A stretch of DNA of 64,000 bases from Longimicrobiales bacterium (lineage in GTDB: Bacteria > Gemmatimonadota > Gemmatimonadetes > Longimicrobiales > Gaopeijiaceae): contig OY730414.1 in NCBI GenBank assembly GCA_963422615.1, positions 1,346,302-1,410,301 of the forward strand. The letters are read 5' to 3'. This document shows positions 52,411 to 61,021 of the stretch, piece after piece. Each line of letters begins with the position of its first letter. Position 1 is the first letter of the stretch. A program made the position numbers and the translations under genes. Under the pieces are notes generated by a model. It ran no database searches, was not told where the DNA came from, and was given only the letters and a program-made list of their open reading frames with translations.

Positions 52411-53862
52411 CTACCTGGGGGAGGAACCCCCGGGCGGCCGCTCCGAAGCATTCGGCAGGTCGATCAACTCGAAACGCCGGGATACCGGGACGAGTTCATT
52501 GGCGATCCGAATCACAGGCTCCTCCTGAAAGCCGTCGGCGGGCTCCAAGCTGCCCTCCGTATAACGGCTGGCCGCGTTCCAAAGAATCCACTCCCGGATT
52601 CCCGCATCATAGGTGGCCTGGATCTGGGCCCGCACCTCGGGAACATCGTATGCGGGCTCGCCAAGGGAAAAGTCCTGGAGCCAAGGCCGGGTCGCACCTG
52701 CTCCCTCCACCATGGCCGACCGCCGGACGGCGGACTCCAGAGCCTTGCGAACGACCTCGTAGGGGTGGGCATTCGGCGCTTGGAACCCGAAGGAACCCCG
52801 GTAGTAATGGCTGGGATACACCATGGGAAGCGCGACGTCGACGACATCAATGAACGATTCCCACACTTGCCCGATACCCACGTCGTGGGGCGAGGAGGTC
52901 GTGATGCCGAAGACATCGGCGGTCAGCAGCACGTCCATGGGGGACAGGGTGTTCCGGCCGAAAGCGAGAAAGTCCCGAATGGCGGACGCCTTCGACCGAC
53001 CTGCTTCGCCGGGGAAGTGGGCACGACCCAGATCCGAGGCGGGGGCGTCGGGGAAGCGCACGTAATCCCACTGGATCTCCGGGAAGCCCAGAGCGGCAAC
53101 CTCTCGGGCGATTGCGATGTGGTAATCCCAAACCTCCCGGTTGTATGGGTTGAGCCAAGCGATGCCGTTTCCGTCGATCCATACCCCCCCGGCGGTGTCC
53201 TGAACCGCGAGGTCGGGTCGTGCTGCGGACATCAGCGGATCCTTGACGATGACAATGCGCGCGATGGGATAGATTCCGGCGGAATCGAGCCGTGCCAGGA
53301 GGTCGGGCAGGTTCGGAATGCGGATTTCCTCCGTGGCCCCTGCCTCCCGGGCCAGAGGGACGGCGGTGGCGTGACTGACGTACCCGCTCGCGTCCTTGAT
53401 GTCGATGACAAACGCGTTGATCTCGGTGCGGGTCGCGAGATTGAGCAGCTCGGTCATGCGCCCTCGGGCGCCGGCGGACCAAGCGTTCACGTACAGGCCC
53501 CGGACATACGCGGGTCTGGGGAACCGGAACGGGCGCTCCCCTTCGGAAACGGAGGGGTGGGAGGCCGTCGTCGGTACGGGTGGTGTGCCTTCGGGTTCCC
53601 GGGTGGGCGAGGCTGACCCGCCGGGGTCCGGTGCCTGGGCGGTCCGTTCCGGCGGGTCGGTTGCGGGCTCCGGGACGACGGAGCCGGGATCGTCCTTCGC
53701 TGCGGTCAACGCGGGACTCGAGGCCATCGACGGCGCGGGCTGCGACAGGACGGTCCGGGCGGCGTCTGGAAAGTCCGTCGCACGACCGGGTTCGTCCGGG
53801 GCGGCTCTGCAGGCCGGGAGGAGAACCGTAGCCACCAGAAGGCTCAAAGAGGGTCGGACCAT
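52411..53862 (-). CDS. Secreted DUF4015-family putative glycoside hydrolase (TIM-barrel)
   Basis: Signal peptide MVRPSLSLLVATVLLPACRA, an S/P-rich linker, then the conserved GLYVNAWSAG...INAFVIDIKD...GIYPIARIVIVKDP core. Confidence 0.7.
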   Translation of the reverse strand: MVRPSLSLLVATVLLPACRAAPDEPGRATDFPDAARTVLSQPAPSMASSPALTAAKDDPGSVVPEPATDPPERTAQAPDPGGSASPTREPEGTPPVPTTASHPSVSEGERPFRFPRPAYVRGLYVNAWSAGARGRMTELLNLATRTEINAFVIDIKDASGYVSHATAVPLAREAGATEEIRIPNLPDLLARLDSAGIYPIARIVIVKDPLMSAARPDLAVQDTAGGVWIDGNGIAWLNPYNREVWDYHIAIAREVAALGFPEIQWDYVRFPDAPASDLGRAHFPGEAGRSKASAIRDFLAFGRNTLSPMDVLLTADVFGITTSSPHDVGIGQVWESFIDVVDVALPMVYPSHYYRGSFGFQAPNAHPYEVVRKALESAVRRSAMVEGAGATRPWLQDFSLGEPAYDVPEVRAQIQATYDAGIREWILWNAASRYTEGSLEPADGFQEEPVIRIANELVPVSRRFELIDLPNASERPPGGSSPR

Positions 53863-54112
53863 GGAGGGGAATCTAGCCCGAAAAGGCACAAGGGGTATAT
53901 AGTCTCAGTGCCTGTCGATTCTCAGGAGCGTGAGCCGACCGGCCACGAACCGCTTCTACGATGAACAGGTCATCAGTGGGCTGCGGGGGCGAACCCAAGA
54001 CCTCTGGACTCCGCCTGGGCTTCCCTGTCCCGAAGCTCAATGCCCAGGTCCGGTGACTTGGGCCCCCCGGCGACGGTCGCTATCTTTGTCTCCCCGGTCC
54101 TTATTCGGGGTT

Positions 54113-54185
54113 GGGGCCATAGCTCAGCTGGGAGAGCGCTGGCTTTGCAAGCCAGAGGTCACCGGTTCGATCCCGGTTGGCTCCA
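54113..54185 (+). tRNA. tRNA-Ala (anticodon TGC)
   Basis: GGGGCCATAGCTCAGCTGGGAGAGCGCTGGCTTTGCAAGCCAGAGGTCACCGGTTCGATCCCGGTTGGCTCCA. It has the G3:U70 identity pair, anticodon loop CTTTGCAAG, and a GTTCGATCC T-loop. Confidence 0.9.
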
Positions 54186-54313
54186 TTGCGCCGCAAGCCA
54201 AGCAGTTGTCTGCTTTGGATGTACGGTCGCTCGGGCGACTTCTCACCCGGCCCAACCCCCTCCCTTGTGTCGCCCGTCAGGCACGGTAACCCGTTTGGTT
54301 TCCATCGGTCGGG

Positions 54314-56629
54314 CTAGAACCGATACGTGTAGTTCGCCTTCACGGAGCTGCCCCGGGAGAGGGTGATCAGGTCCCGGTCGTCCAGGATGCCGGCCCCCAG
54401 GTTCCGCCAGTTGTGCGTGTACACGAGGAACACGTCGTTTCCCGGCCGGACGATCCAGCGCAAGCGGGCGAAGAGCCCCACGATATCGCTGTCGTTGTCA
54501 TACTGGATCTGGTTGGTGACGCTGACCCACTGGTTCGGGTTCCACTGTCCCTCCACTTCGTAGACGTCGGCTGTGAAGGTTCCCCTGGGCAAGGTGACCG
54601 CGTTGTGCTCGAAGTCCGTGGAAATGCTGATCCCGGGATTGGGCCTGAAGGTGACCCGAGCCTCCATTCGGGTTCGGTCGCCGTCCCAGAACCCGCCACG
54701 GCCGATGCCCCCGAACATCGATATTCGGCGGCGACCTGCGGTTCGGGCCTGAATATCCCACTCCCAGTTCGCATAGTCGCCAGACAGGATATCGACGCCG
54801 TCGCTGACCTCGAATCCGTAGTCCAAGACCTCCCGGGTTCGGGTCGCCTGGAGCTCGATGTTGTCCCCGCTCTCGAAATCGATGTCGAAGACGTCGAATT
54901 GCCATTGGCGCTCTTCCAGGACCCCCGTCGTCAACTGGGTCAGGTTCCTGAACTGGACCGCGAACTCGAACTGGCGGATCCAGGCGATACTTTCGGGCCG
55001 GGGCGCCCAGCCGATTCGGGGTTCGACCCGGCGAAATCCGTTCCGCCGGACGAAGCCCAGGGTCGGATTGTAATCGTCCCCGAATTCCCGGTACGACAGG
55101 TGTCCCGACCAAACGTCGTTGGGCAGGTTGAGCCGGAATCCCCGGGCCGACAGGTCTCCGAAAGACCGATCCACGGCGGGATCCGGGTTGGAGTTCCAAA
55201 CGACGAAGGCCTCCATTTCGAGGCGATTGTCGCCCCCAAAGTGACGGGTGGCGAGCTGAAGATCGACGCCCGCCGTATGGCCGTTTTCCGGAGTGGAGGC
55301 GGACGGGCCGGCGTTCGCGGACCTGCGCGTATAGATCATCCCGATGGCGGACTGCTCCAGGATGGATCTCTTTGCGCGGGCGACGGTGAAGGATTCCCTT
55401 GGAATGACGATGTCGCTGGCGTCCCCTTCGTCGCCGTCGGAGTACGTATGCGCGCCAGTGCCGATCTGGTAGAATCCGAGCTCGAACCGCCCGGTTTGCC
55501 CCGTAAGGCGGGTGCCGTATCGGATCGGGACCTGTTCTCCTGAACGCAAGCCGATCCGCCGGGAAAAGAAGGGCGAAGGACCACTTCGTGGCGCAAAGGT
55601 GAACACGCCAGAGCCCTCCAGGAAGAAGTCCCGCCGCTCCGGAAAGCGCTGGGGGAAGCGGGTCAGATTGACGCGCCGCTGGTCGCTTTCGACCTCGGCG
55701 AAGTCCGTGTTGATGCTCGCTGACGCCCGTAAGCTGGACGTCAGGCTGTAGTTGACGTCCAGGCTGAGGTCTCTGGGGAATGTTGTCGGGTCGGCGTGAT
55801 CGGGCACGTTCCTCCAGCTCGCGACGGTGGAAGGTCGGGCCTCCAGACCCAGGCCCTGGGACATGTTCCCCAGACCCACGAGGTGGCCCGCGTACACCGG
55901 CCGCATGAGTCCTTCGTTACGGCGGTAACCCCGCCAAAGGATCTCCTCGTTCTTTCGGCGTACGGTTCGCTGAAAGTTGATTCCCCAGGTGTCCAGCTCC
56001 GGATTGAAGTTCAGCGTTCGGAAGGGAATACGGATCTCCGCAGACCATCCGTCGGGTCGGGCCGCGGTTCTCGCTTCCCATATCCCGTCCCACGCTTTGC
56101 CCGCTCCGAAGCCACCCCCACCCCCACCCCCACCCCCACCCCCACCGGTCAGGAGTCCGTCCCCCATCAGTCCGGCGGGGTTGATTTCGAAGAAGTATCC
56201 CGTTCGCCCGTCCAGGAAGGTGTCCAGAATCCACATGAAGCGGTCGTCCGTCCGAAGACTGGCGTCCCGCTGCCGCTGGTAGGCCAAGATTCCGTCGGGA
56301 TCGTCGTAGAATACCGCGCCGATATACAGGTTGTCTTCGTTGAAGACGACCCGGACTTCGGTCTTCTCCGACGGTTCTCCTCCCTCTACGGGCTCCTGCT
56401 GGGTGAAGTCGGTAATGGGCTTGGCGTTCTTCCAGGCGTCTTCCGTGATCTGTCCATCCAGTTGGATGTCCGCCGAACCGGAAATGGAAAGGGCTTCCAA
56501 GACGAGCGTAGCCCCGTTTCCTCCGTTGGATGCCTGCGCCAAGATGGAGCCGGGAGTCGCCAACAGGATTCCGCTCGACAATGCCGAGACGGCAATCCGA
56601 GCCGTTTGGCTCACACTCAATTTCTTCAT
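54314..56629 (-). CDS. Outer-membrane beta-barrel protein with N-terminal carbohydrate-binding (CBM9/DOMON-like) domain (DUF5916 family)
   Basis: Signal peptide, YFFEINPAGLMGDG, and a C-terminal ...ANYTYRF aromatic terminus typical of OM beta-barrels. It contains an internal Gly12 run. Confidence 0.7.
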   Translation of the reverse strand: MKKLSVSQTARIAVSALSSGILLATPGSILAQASNGGNGATLVLEALSISGSADIQLDGQITEDAWKNAKPITDFTQQEPVEGGEPSEKTEVRVVFNEDNLYIGAVFYDDPDGILAYQRQRDASLRTDDRFMWILDTFLDGRTGYFFEINPAGLMGDGLLTGGGGGGGGGGGGFGAGKAWDGIWEARTAARPDGWSAEIRIPFRTLNFNPELDTWGINFQRTVRRKNEEILWRGYRRNEGLMRPVYAGHLVGLGNMSQGLGLEARPSTVASWRNVPDHADPTTFPRDLSLDVNYSLTSSLRASASINTDFAEVESDQRRVNLTRFPQRFPERRDFFLEGSGVFTFAPRSGPSPFFSRRIGLRSGEQVPIRYGTRLTGQTGRFELGFYQIGTGAHTYSDGDEGDASDIVIPRESFTVARAKRSILEQSAIGMIYTRRSANAGPSASTPENGHTAGVDLQLATRHFGGDNRLEMEAFVVWNSNPDPAVDRSFGDLSARGFRLNLPNDVWSGHLSYREFGDDYNPTLGFVRRNGFRRVEPRIGWAPRPESIAWIRQFEFAVQFRNLTQLTTGVLEERQWQFDVFDIDFESGDNIELQATRTREVLDYGFEVSDGVDILSGDYANWEWDIQARTAGRRRISMFGGIGRGGFWDGDRTRMEARVTFRPNPGISISTDFEHNAVTLPRGTFTADVYEVEGQWNPNQWVSVTNQIQYDNDSDIVGLFARLRWIVRPGNDVFLVYTHNWRNLGAGILDDRDLITLSRGSSVKANYTYRF
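56112..56146. repeat. Hexanucleotide tandem repeat (CCACCC)x5.8, encoding Gly12 within the OMP gene on the minus strand
   Basis: Seen directly: gccaccccca cccccacccc cacccccacc cccacc. Confidence 0.9.
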
Positions 56630-57012
56630 ATTGTCCCTAAATGTTATCCCTGATCGGTTTCGTTCCTGAAACGGCCATCAAGGAACGGGGTTCCACCGAG
56701 GGTGGGCCGAAGCGGTCACGTTCTCCCCAGACCGCCGAACCTGCTCCCTGCCGGATCGGTGCCCTCTGGCGAATGTTGTGAAGGGTGCTATGGTCTAACT
56801 AGGCTACAAGACACAAGACACCCCGCTAGGGAGGTTCGTTGGATCGCTTTCGGCGTTCTTCCGTGTCGCCCTCCCTCCCCGAAAGTGGGCGACCGACGCC
56901 CAAAGAGCGGGTGACGGGAACGCAAGATTTTGCACATGTTCTTTAACGGGGTTGACGGGGCGCTCCATCTTGTGGCTCCCCGGAAGTCCTGCGTCAAGTA
57001 CCCTTATCCGAA

Positions 57013-57534
57013 GTGGAGATGTTCATGGAATGGAAGAAATTTTTCCGCCCGACGGCCGTAACCGTTACCGCTCTGGTGTTCGCCGCCTGCGGGGCCGCTG
57101 ACTCGTACGAATCGGAGGCCGCCTCCGAACCGGAAGTTGCGGAAGCGCCCGCGGCGGATGAGGTCACCCTCGTCAACCCGAACCTGGCGTCTCAGGATGA
57201 GCTTGAGACCATTCCAGAGCTTACGCCCGAAGCGGTTGAAGCCATCCTCACCGGCCGGCCCTTCTCGGGAGTCACCGACCTGCATTCGGCCTTGGTTGGC
57301 GTGGTAGGTGAGGAGGCCGCCATGGCGGCCTACGAGGCCATTTGGATCCCCGCCAACCTGAACGACGCCTCCGGGGAGGCGTTCATGCTGATCCCCGGCA
57401 TGACCGACCGAATGGTCCACGAATTCGAGGAGTACCGTCCGTACCCGGACATGGATCAGTTTCGCCGGGAGATTGGCAAGTATGTGGACGAAGCCGAAGT
57501 CGCCCGTCTCGAGCGTTACGTGACCCTCAACTGA
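57013..57534 (+). CDS. Lipoprotein with tandem helix-hairpin-helix (ComEA-like) motifs
   Basis: Lipobox ALVFAACG. The acidic linker is followed by two HhH-like segments (LASQDELETIPELTPEAVEAIL; LNDASGEAFMLIPGMTDRMVHEF). Confidence 0.65.
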   Translation: MEMFMEWKKFFRPTAVTVTALVFAACGAADSYESEAASEPEVAEAPAADEVTLVNPNLASQDELETIPELTPEAVEAILTGRPFSGVTDLHSALVGVVGEEAAMAAYEAIWIPANLNDASGEAFMLIPGMTDRMVHEFEEYRPYPDMDQFRREIGKYVDEAEVARLERYVTLN

Positions 57535-57614
57535 GCTAGGGGGCCCAGGCGCCCGACCCTCCGCTCCGTAACTGGCCGTACTGCGGGTCGGGCTACCCCG
57601 GGGTCGCTTCAGGC

Positions 57615-58805
57615 GTGATCCGGACGATATTGTTTCGCCTGCACCTCTCCGTCGCTGTCGCCGGAGGCTCTGTGATCTTCGTGATGGCGGGGACGGGCGT
57701 CGTGCTGGCCTGCGAGAATGCGGTCATGGCCCTGGCGGAACGGCGGTACTTCGTAACGGTGCCGGAGGGCGCCGGGCCGGCTTCTCCCGCCGAGTTGGCC
57801 GAGTCGGTGAAGGGGGCCGTCGCCGTGGCAGAGGCTCCCTTCTTGGCAACGTCGATCCGCTACAAGTCGGATCCCCGGGCGCCCGTTCTGATCCGCGCGG
57901 GCCGGACCGTGCATTTTTACGCCAACCCGTACACGGGAGAAGTGCTGGGGAACGGGTTCCCCCGGATCGAGGGGTTCTTCGAAGGCGTTCGGGCATGGCA
58001 CCGGTGGGTGAACCTGCCGGTTTCTTGGGTCCGGAGGGGACGTGCCGTCACCGGGGCTGCGAATGTAGCCTTCTTTTTCCTTCTGCTCACCGGGCCTCTG
58101 CTCTGGATCCCCCACCGCATCACGGGTAAGACCCTAAGCGCAGTTCTCTTCTTCCGGCGTGGGGTCCAGGGAAAGCAGCGGGACCTCAATTGGCATCAGG
58201 TCATTGGGATTTGGTCTGTGGCTCCCCTCCTGGTCATCGTTGCCTCGGGGGTTCTCCTCTCCTATCCCGGCGTCGGCGACCGGGTCTATCCGGTTGTCGG
58301 CAATGGGATGGCGTTCAAGAGCCTGCCCGGGGGGGTGGTTTCGGTGCCCGTTCTGTCGGAGGGTGAAACCTGGGCACGAGGGATGGATGCGATGGGAAGC
58401 GCCCAGGATGGGGAACGGGATCTCGGAGCGGCGCTGGTGCGGGCGGCGTCCTGGGTGCCGGACTGGCGACACCTCGAGCTGACGCTGCCCCGGGAAGGGG
58501 ACGGGCGCGTGAGGGTCGAGGTGCGGGCCGGGGGCCGGGGTCAGCCCCAAAAGGCCGGCGTCCTCATGGTGGAACGGGAAACCGGCGTTCCCGTCTCCTG
58601 GGAACCCTTCGACGCCGCTTCGCCCGGCCGCCGGGCACAGCAGTTCCTGCGGTTTGCCCACACGGGGGAGTATTGGGGGGCGGGGGGGCAAGTGCTGGCG
58701 GGGCTGTTTTCTCTTGCGGCCGTCCTGATGACGTGGACGGGGCTTTCCCTTGCCCTGCGCAGGCTCGCCGGGGTACTTGCCAGGGTACGGGCGGGGGCTT
58801 CGTGA
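57615..58805 (+). CDS. PepSY-associated TM-helix protein (PiuB-like)
   Basis: 4 TM segments with His residues (RAWHRWVNL, HQVIGIWS) typical of the PepSY_TM family. Confidence 0.8.
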   Translation: MIRTILFRLHLSVAVAGGSVIFVMAGTGVVLACENAVMALAERRYFVTVPEGAGPASPAELAESVKGAVAVAEAPFLATSIRYKSDPRAPVLIRAGRTVHFYANPYTGEVLGNGFPRIEGFFEGVRAWHRWVNLPVSWVRRGRAVTGAANVAFFFLLLTGPLLWIPHRITGKTLSAVLFFRRGVQGKQRDLNWHQVIGIWSVAPLLVIVASGVLLSYPGVGDRVYPVVGNGMAFKSLPGGVVSVPVLSEGETWARGMDAMGSAQDGERDLGAALVRAASWVPDWRHLELTLPREGDGRVRVEVRAGGRGQPQKAGVLMVERETGVPVSWEPFDAASPGRRAQQFLRFAHTGEYWGAGGQVLAGLFSLAAVLMTWTGLSLALRRLAGVLARVRAGAS

Positions 58806-58827
58806 TGGCCGGGGCAACAGGATGCTC

Positions 58828-58856
58828 TTGACGAAATACAGGATCTGCAGTACATT
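58828..58856 (+). promoter_or_regulatory. Candidate sigma70-like promoter (TTGACG-N17-TACATT) for the small-peptide gene
   Basis: An AT-richer stretch located 60 bp upstream of ATG 58917. Confidence 0.3.
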
Positions 58857-58916
58857 ATTTCGTCTTCCGCTACCGGACGACCTTGATCCCCTCATCTCTT
58901 TTGAAAGGACTGCACA

Positions 58917-59279
58917 ATGACCTTCCTAGCCCGTAGAGCCATGCGCCTCATCGGAGTCTCCTTCGCGATCTTGCTGGTCACGGGGCTGACCCCTGCGGCA
59001 CCCGTCGCTCCGGATTTCGATCCAAGCGGTGTGGCGCCCCGTGTTGTGGGAGACGGCTCCGCAGCTTCGGTGGAAGCGACCGTGCCATCATCGGCTGCTG
59101 TGGTGATCGGCGTGGACTCGGAGTCTGACCCTGCCGTCGCTCGCATGTCTGAAGGTGGTACCGCAGCCGAGTCCCAGAGCGCCGACTGGTGGCCCAAATG
59201 GTATAGCTCCCATTTCGGTTGCTGGTGGAATTGCTGGGATTTGTGGTTCGATTGTCCCTGCTACGTCTACCAGTTCTAA
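58917..59279 (+). CDS. Secreted small protein (120 aa) with C-terminal Cys/Trp-rich 30-aa segment
   Basis: Signal peptide MTFLARRAMRLIGVSFAILLVTGLTPAAP and an acidic S/A-rich middle. The C-terminus is WWPKWYSSHFGCWWNCWDLWFDCPCYVYQF (4 Cys, 7 Trp). Confidence 0.55.
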   Translation: MTFLARRAMRLIGVSFAILLVTGLTPAAPVAPDFDPSGVAPRVVGDGSAASVEATVPSSAAVVIGVDSESDPAVARMSEGGTAAESQSADWWPKWYSSHFGCWWNCWDLWFDCPCYVYQF

Positions 59280-59359
59280 TGAGAGTGCCACTTTGGGGCT
59301 ACCCGCCTTATGATTCAGCGTCGGAGATGCTTGGATTCAGCGTTAGGAGGCATCGGACA

Positions 59360-60556
59360 ATGACGACCTTGGGCGCCTTGGACGGGTCTCCTGCTGGGGG
59401 CGCGCGAGCGCGCGCCCCCAGCAGGAGCGGCACCTTCACTCTTGCCGCGTCGTTGTCGTTGACGTTGACGACTCTGCCTGCTCATGCGCTCCAACTCGGA
59501 CCGGGGCTTGTTCTGGAAGACAGTGTGATATTGCGTGAGACTGCCCAGCATTACGTGGGCGAGCCGACGGCCCTTTTGGTCTCCGAGGATGGCTCGTTTT
59601 TTATCTCGGACAGGTTTTCGAACAGCATCCTGCGCTTTGATTCCGCCGGAGAATTCCGCGGTGCGTTTGGTCGAGCTGGGGAGGGTCCCGGCGAGTTCAC
59701 GTACATTGGCACGGCAGGCTTCGTTGCCGATGGTGTGCTCGGATTCCTAGATTTGCGGCCGTTTAGCCTGGAAATGTTTGAGGTGGCCACCGGGAGCTAC
59801 CGGGGCCATGTGGCGATTGACCACGGAACCTTTCCGATGTTGTTCTCCGTGCGCGACGACACGCTTTGGTTCGGGGGCATGCAAACGGAATCGTGGAGCG
59901 CCGCCGGTATGGCCTCCGTTTCCGACGTCATTGCGGAGTCCGCAGACCTTTCGCTTGACCGGGTTCCGGTTCCTCGTCCCTATGTGGAGAATAGAATGGT
60001 CTTCGGGACGCTGGCGTACACAGCGATCGACGTGGGTGAAGAGGACTTGATGGTCGGGTTCGGAGTGAGTCCGTTTGTCCTACTTGCGAATCGCGAGGGA
60101 GCCGTGTTGGATTCTCTCGTGTTTCCGGTGAGCAGACGTAGGGGTCTTCCAGACGAAGACGAGTTGGCCGCAATCGATATGAATGACGTGAGCGTCCCCG
60201 AACTCATCGGACGGGTATCGTCACTGTTGGCTGTGTCCCGCGACGACCGGGGCTACGTTTACGCCATACATCAGGATTTTGAGTTGGGGGGCCCCCGGGG
60301 CGGCAGTGGATTCGATGCACGCGCAACGTTCTTCGTTTCGAGCATCCGTCAAGACGGAAGTCGGGCGTGTCCGGACACTTCCCTTCCGACTTCGCGCGTC
60401 GGCGTCGCTAAAGTTGCGTTAAGCGGAAACCTCATTCACGTTTTGGACCAGCGGCTTGGGGACAGTGTCCAAGCTGCGCAGGCTGTCATTCGGCGCTTCA
60501 GGATCAATCCCTTGGATTGCACCGGTACGATCACTCGGCCAGACGGGAACTCGTAA
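59360..60556 (+). CDS. Secreted beta-propeller (NHL/6-bladed-like) protein
   Basis: Signal peptide ...TFTLAASLSLTLTTLPAHA. Repeated SxFxxPxGxxxD/gxxYVxD-like blades (SFFISDRFSNSILRFD, GYVYAIHQD). Confidence 0.6.
   Translation: MTTLGALDGSPAGGARARAPSRSGTFTLAASLSLTLTTLPAHALQLGPGLVLEDSVILRETAQHYVGEPTALLVSEDGSFFISDRFSNSILRFDSAGEFRGAFGRAGEGPGEFTYIGTAGFVADGVLGFLDLRPFSLEMFEVATGSYRGHVAIDHGTFPMLFSVRDDTLWFGGMQTESWSAAGMASVSDVIAESADLSLDRVPVPRPYVENRMVFGTLAYTAIDVGEEDLMVGFGVSPFVLLANREGAVLDSLVFPVSRRRGLPDEDELAAIDMNDVSVPELIGRVSSLLAVSRDDRGYVYAIHQDFELGGPRGGSGFDARATFFVSSIRQDGSRACPDTSLPTSRVGVAKVALSGNLIHVLDQRLGDSVQAAQAVIRRFRINPLDCTGTITRPDGNS
59388..59427. repeat. Perfect 19-bp inverted repeat with 2-nt spacer (CTCCTGCTGGGGGCGCGCG-AG-CGCGCGCCCCCAGCAGGAG) inside the 5' end of the beta-propeller ORF
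   Basis: Seen directly; it would form an extremely stable GC hairpin and is not followed by a T-run. Confidence 0.9.
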
Positions 60557-61021
60557 GTGCGTTCAATGCTCGGCATTCCCACGCGCATGGCAAGATGCCT
60601 AGTTGCTGTGGCTGTACTTTCGTGTGGAGTCGGTGACACGGATGGTATCGTCACGCTTGATTTGACTAACGGGCGTACCGTTGGCGATTTGGTCCGCCCA
60701 GGTGGTATCACTGTGGTGCTGGTCTATTCACCAGAGAGCTGCTTCTCCTGCGCCGGTGTCCTGGGGCGTTGGGTGCAGCTTGATCGGGAGGCAGCCGATG
60801 TCGAGGTTGCGTTAGTACTCGCAAGGGAGCCCAGCGAAGTACAGAGACGCCAATTGGCCCTGCGCCGTTTGGCGCCGGTCGGGGTCATCGAAGACGAGGG
60901 CGACGTACCGGCTGACCCCTCAGCATATGTGTTCACGGGTCGCAAGTTGACTGATTCGGCAATCGGCCTTCGTGACCAGATCGCTTTACTCGGCGAGTTT
61001 GCCGGTCACGGCGATCCGTGA
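60557..61021 (+). CDS. Thioredoxin-fold lipoprotein with CxxC motif (putative thiol-disulfide oxidoreductase)
   Basis: Lipobox AVAVLSCG. VVLVYSPESCFSCAG resembles a redoxin CxxC active site. Confidence 0.5.
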   Translation: MRSMLGIPTRMARCLVAVAVLSCGVGDTDGIVTLDLTNGRTVGDLVRPGGITVVLVYSPESCFSCAGVLGRWVQLDREAADVEVALVLAREPSEVQRRQLALRRLAPVGVIEDEGDVPADPSAYVFTGRKLTDSAIGLRDQIALLGEFAGHGDP

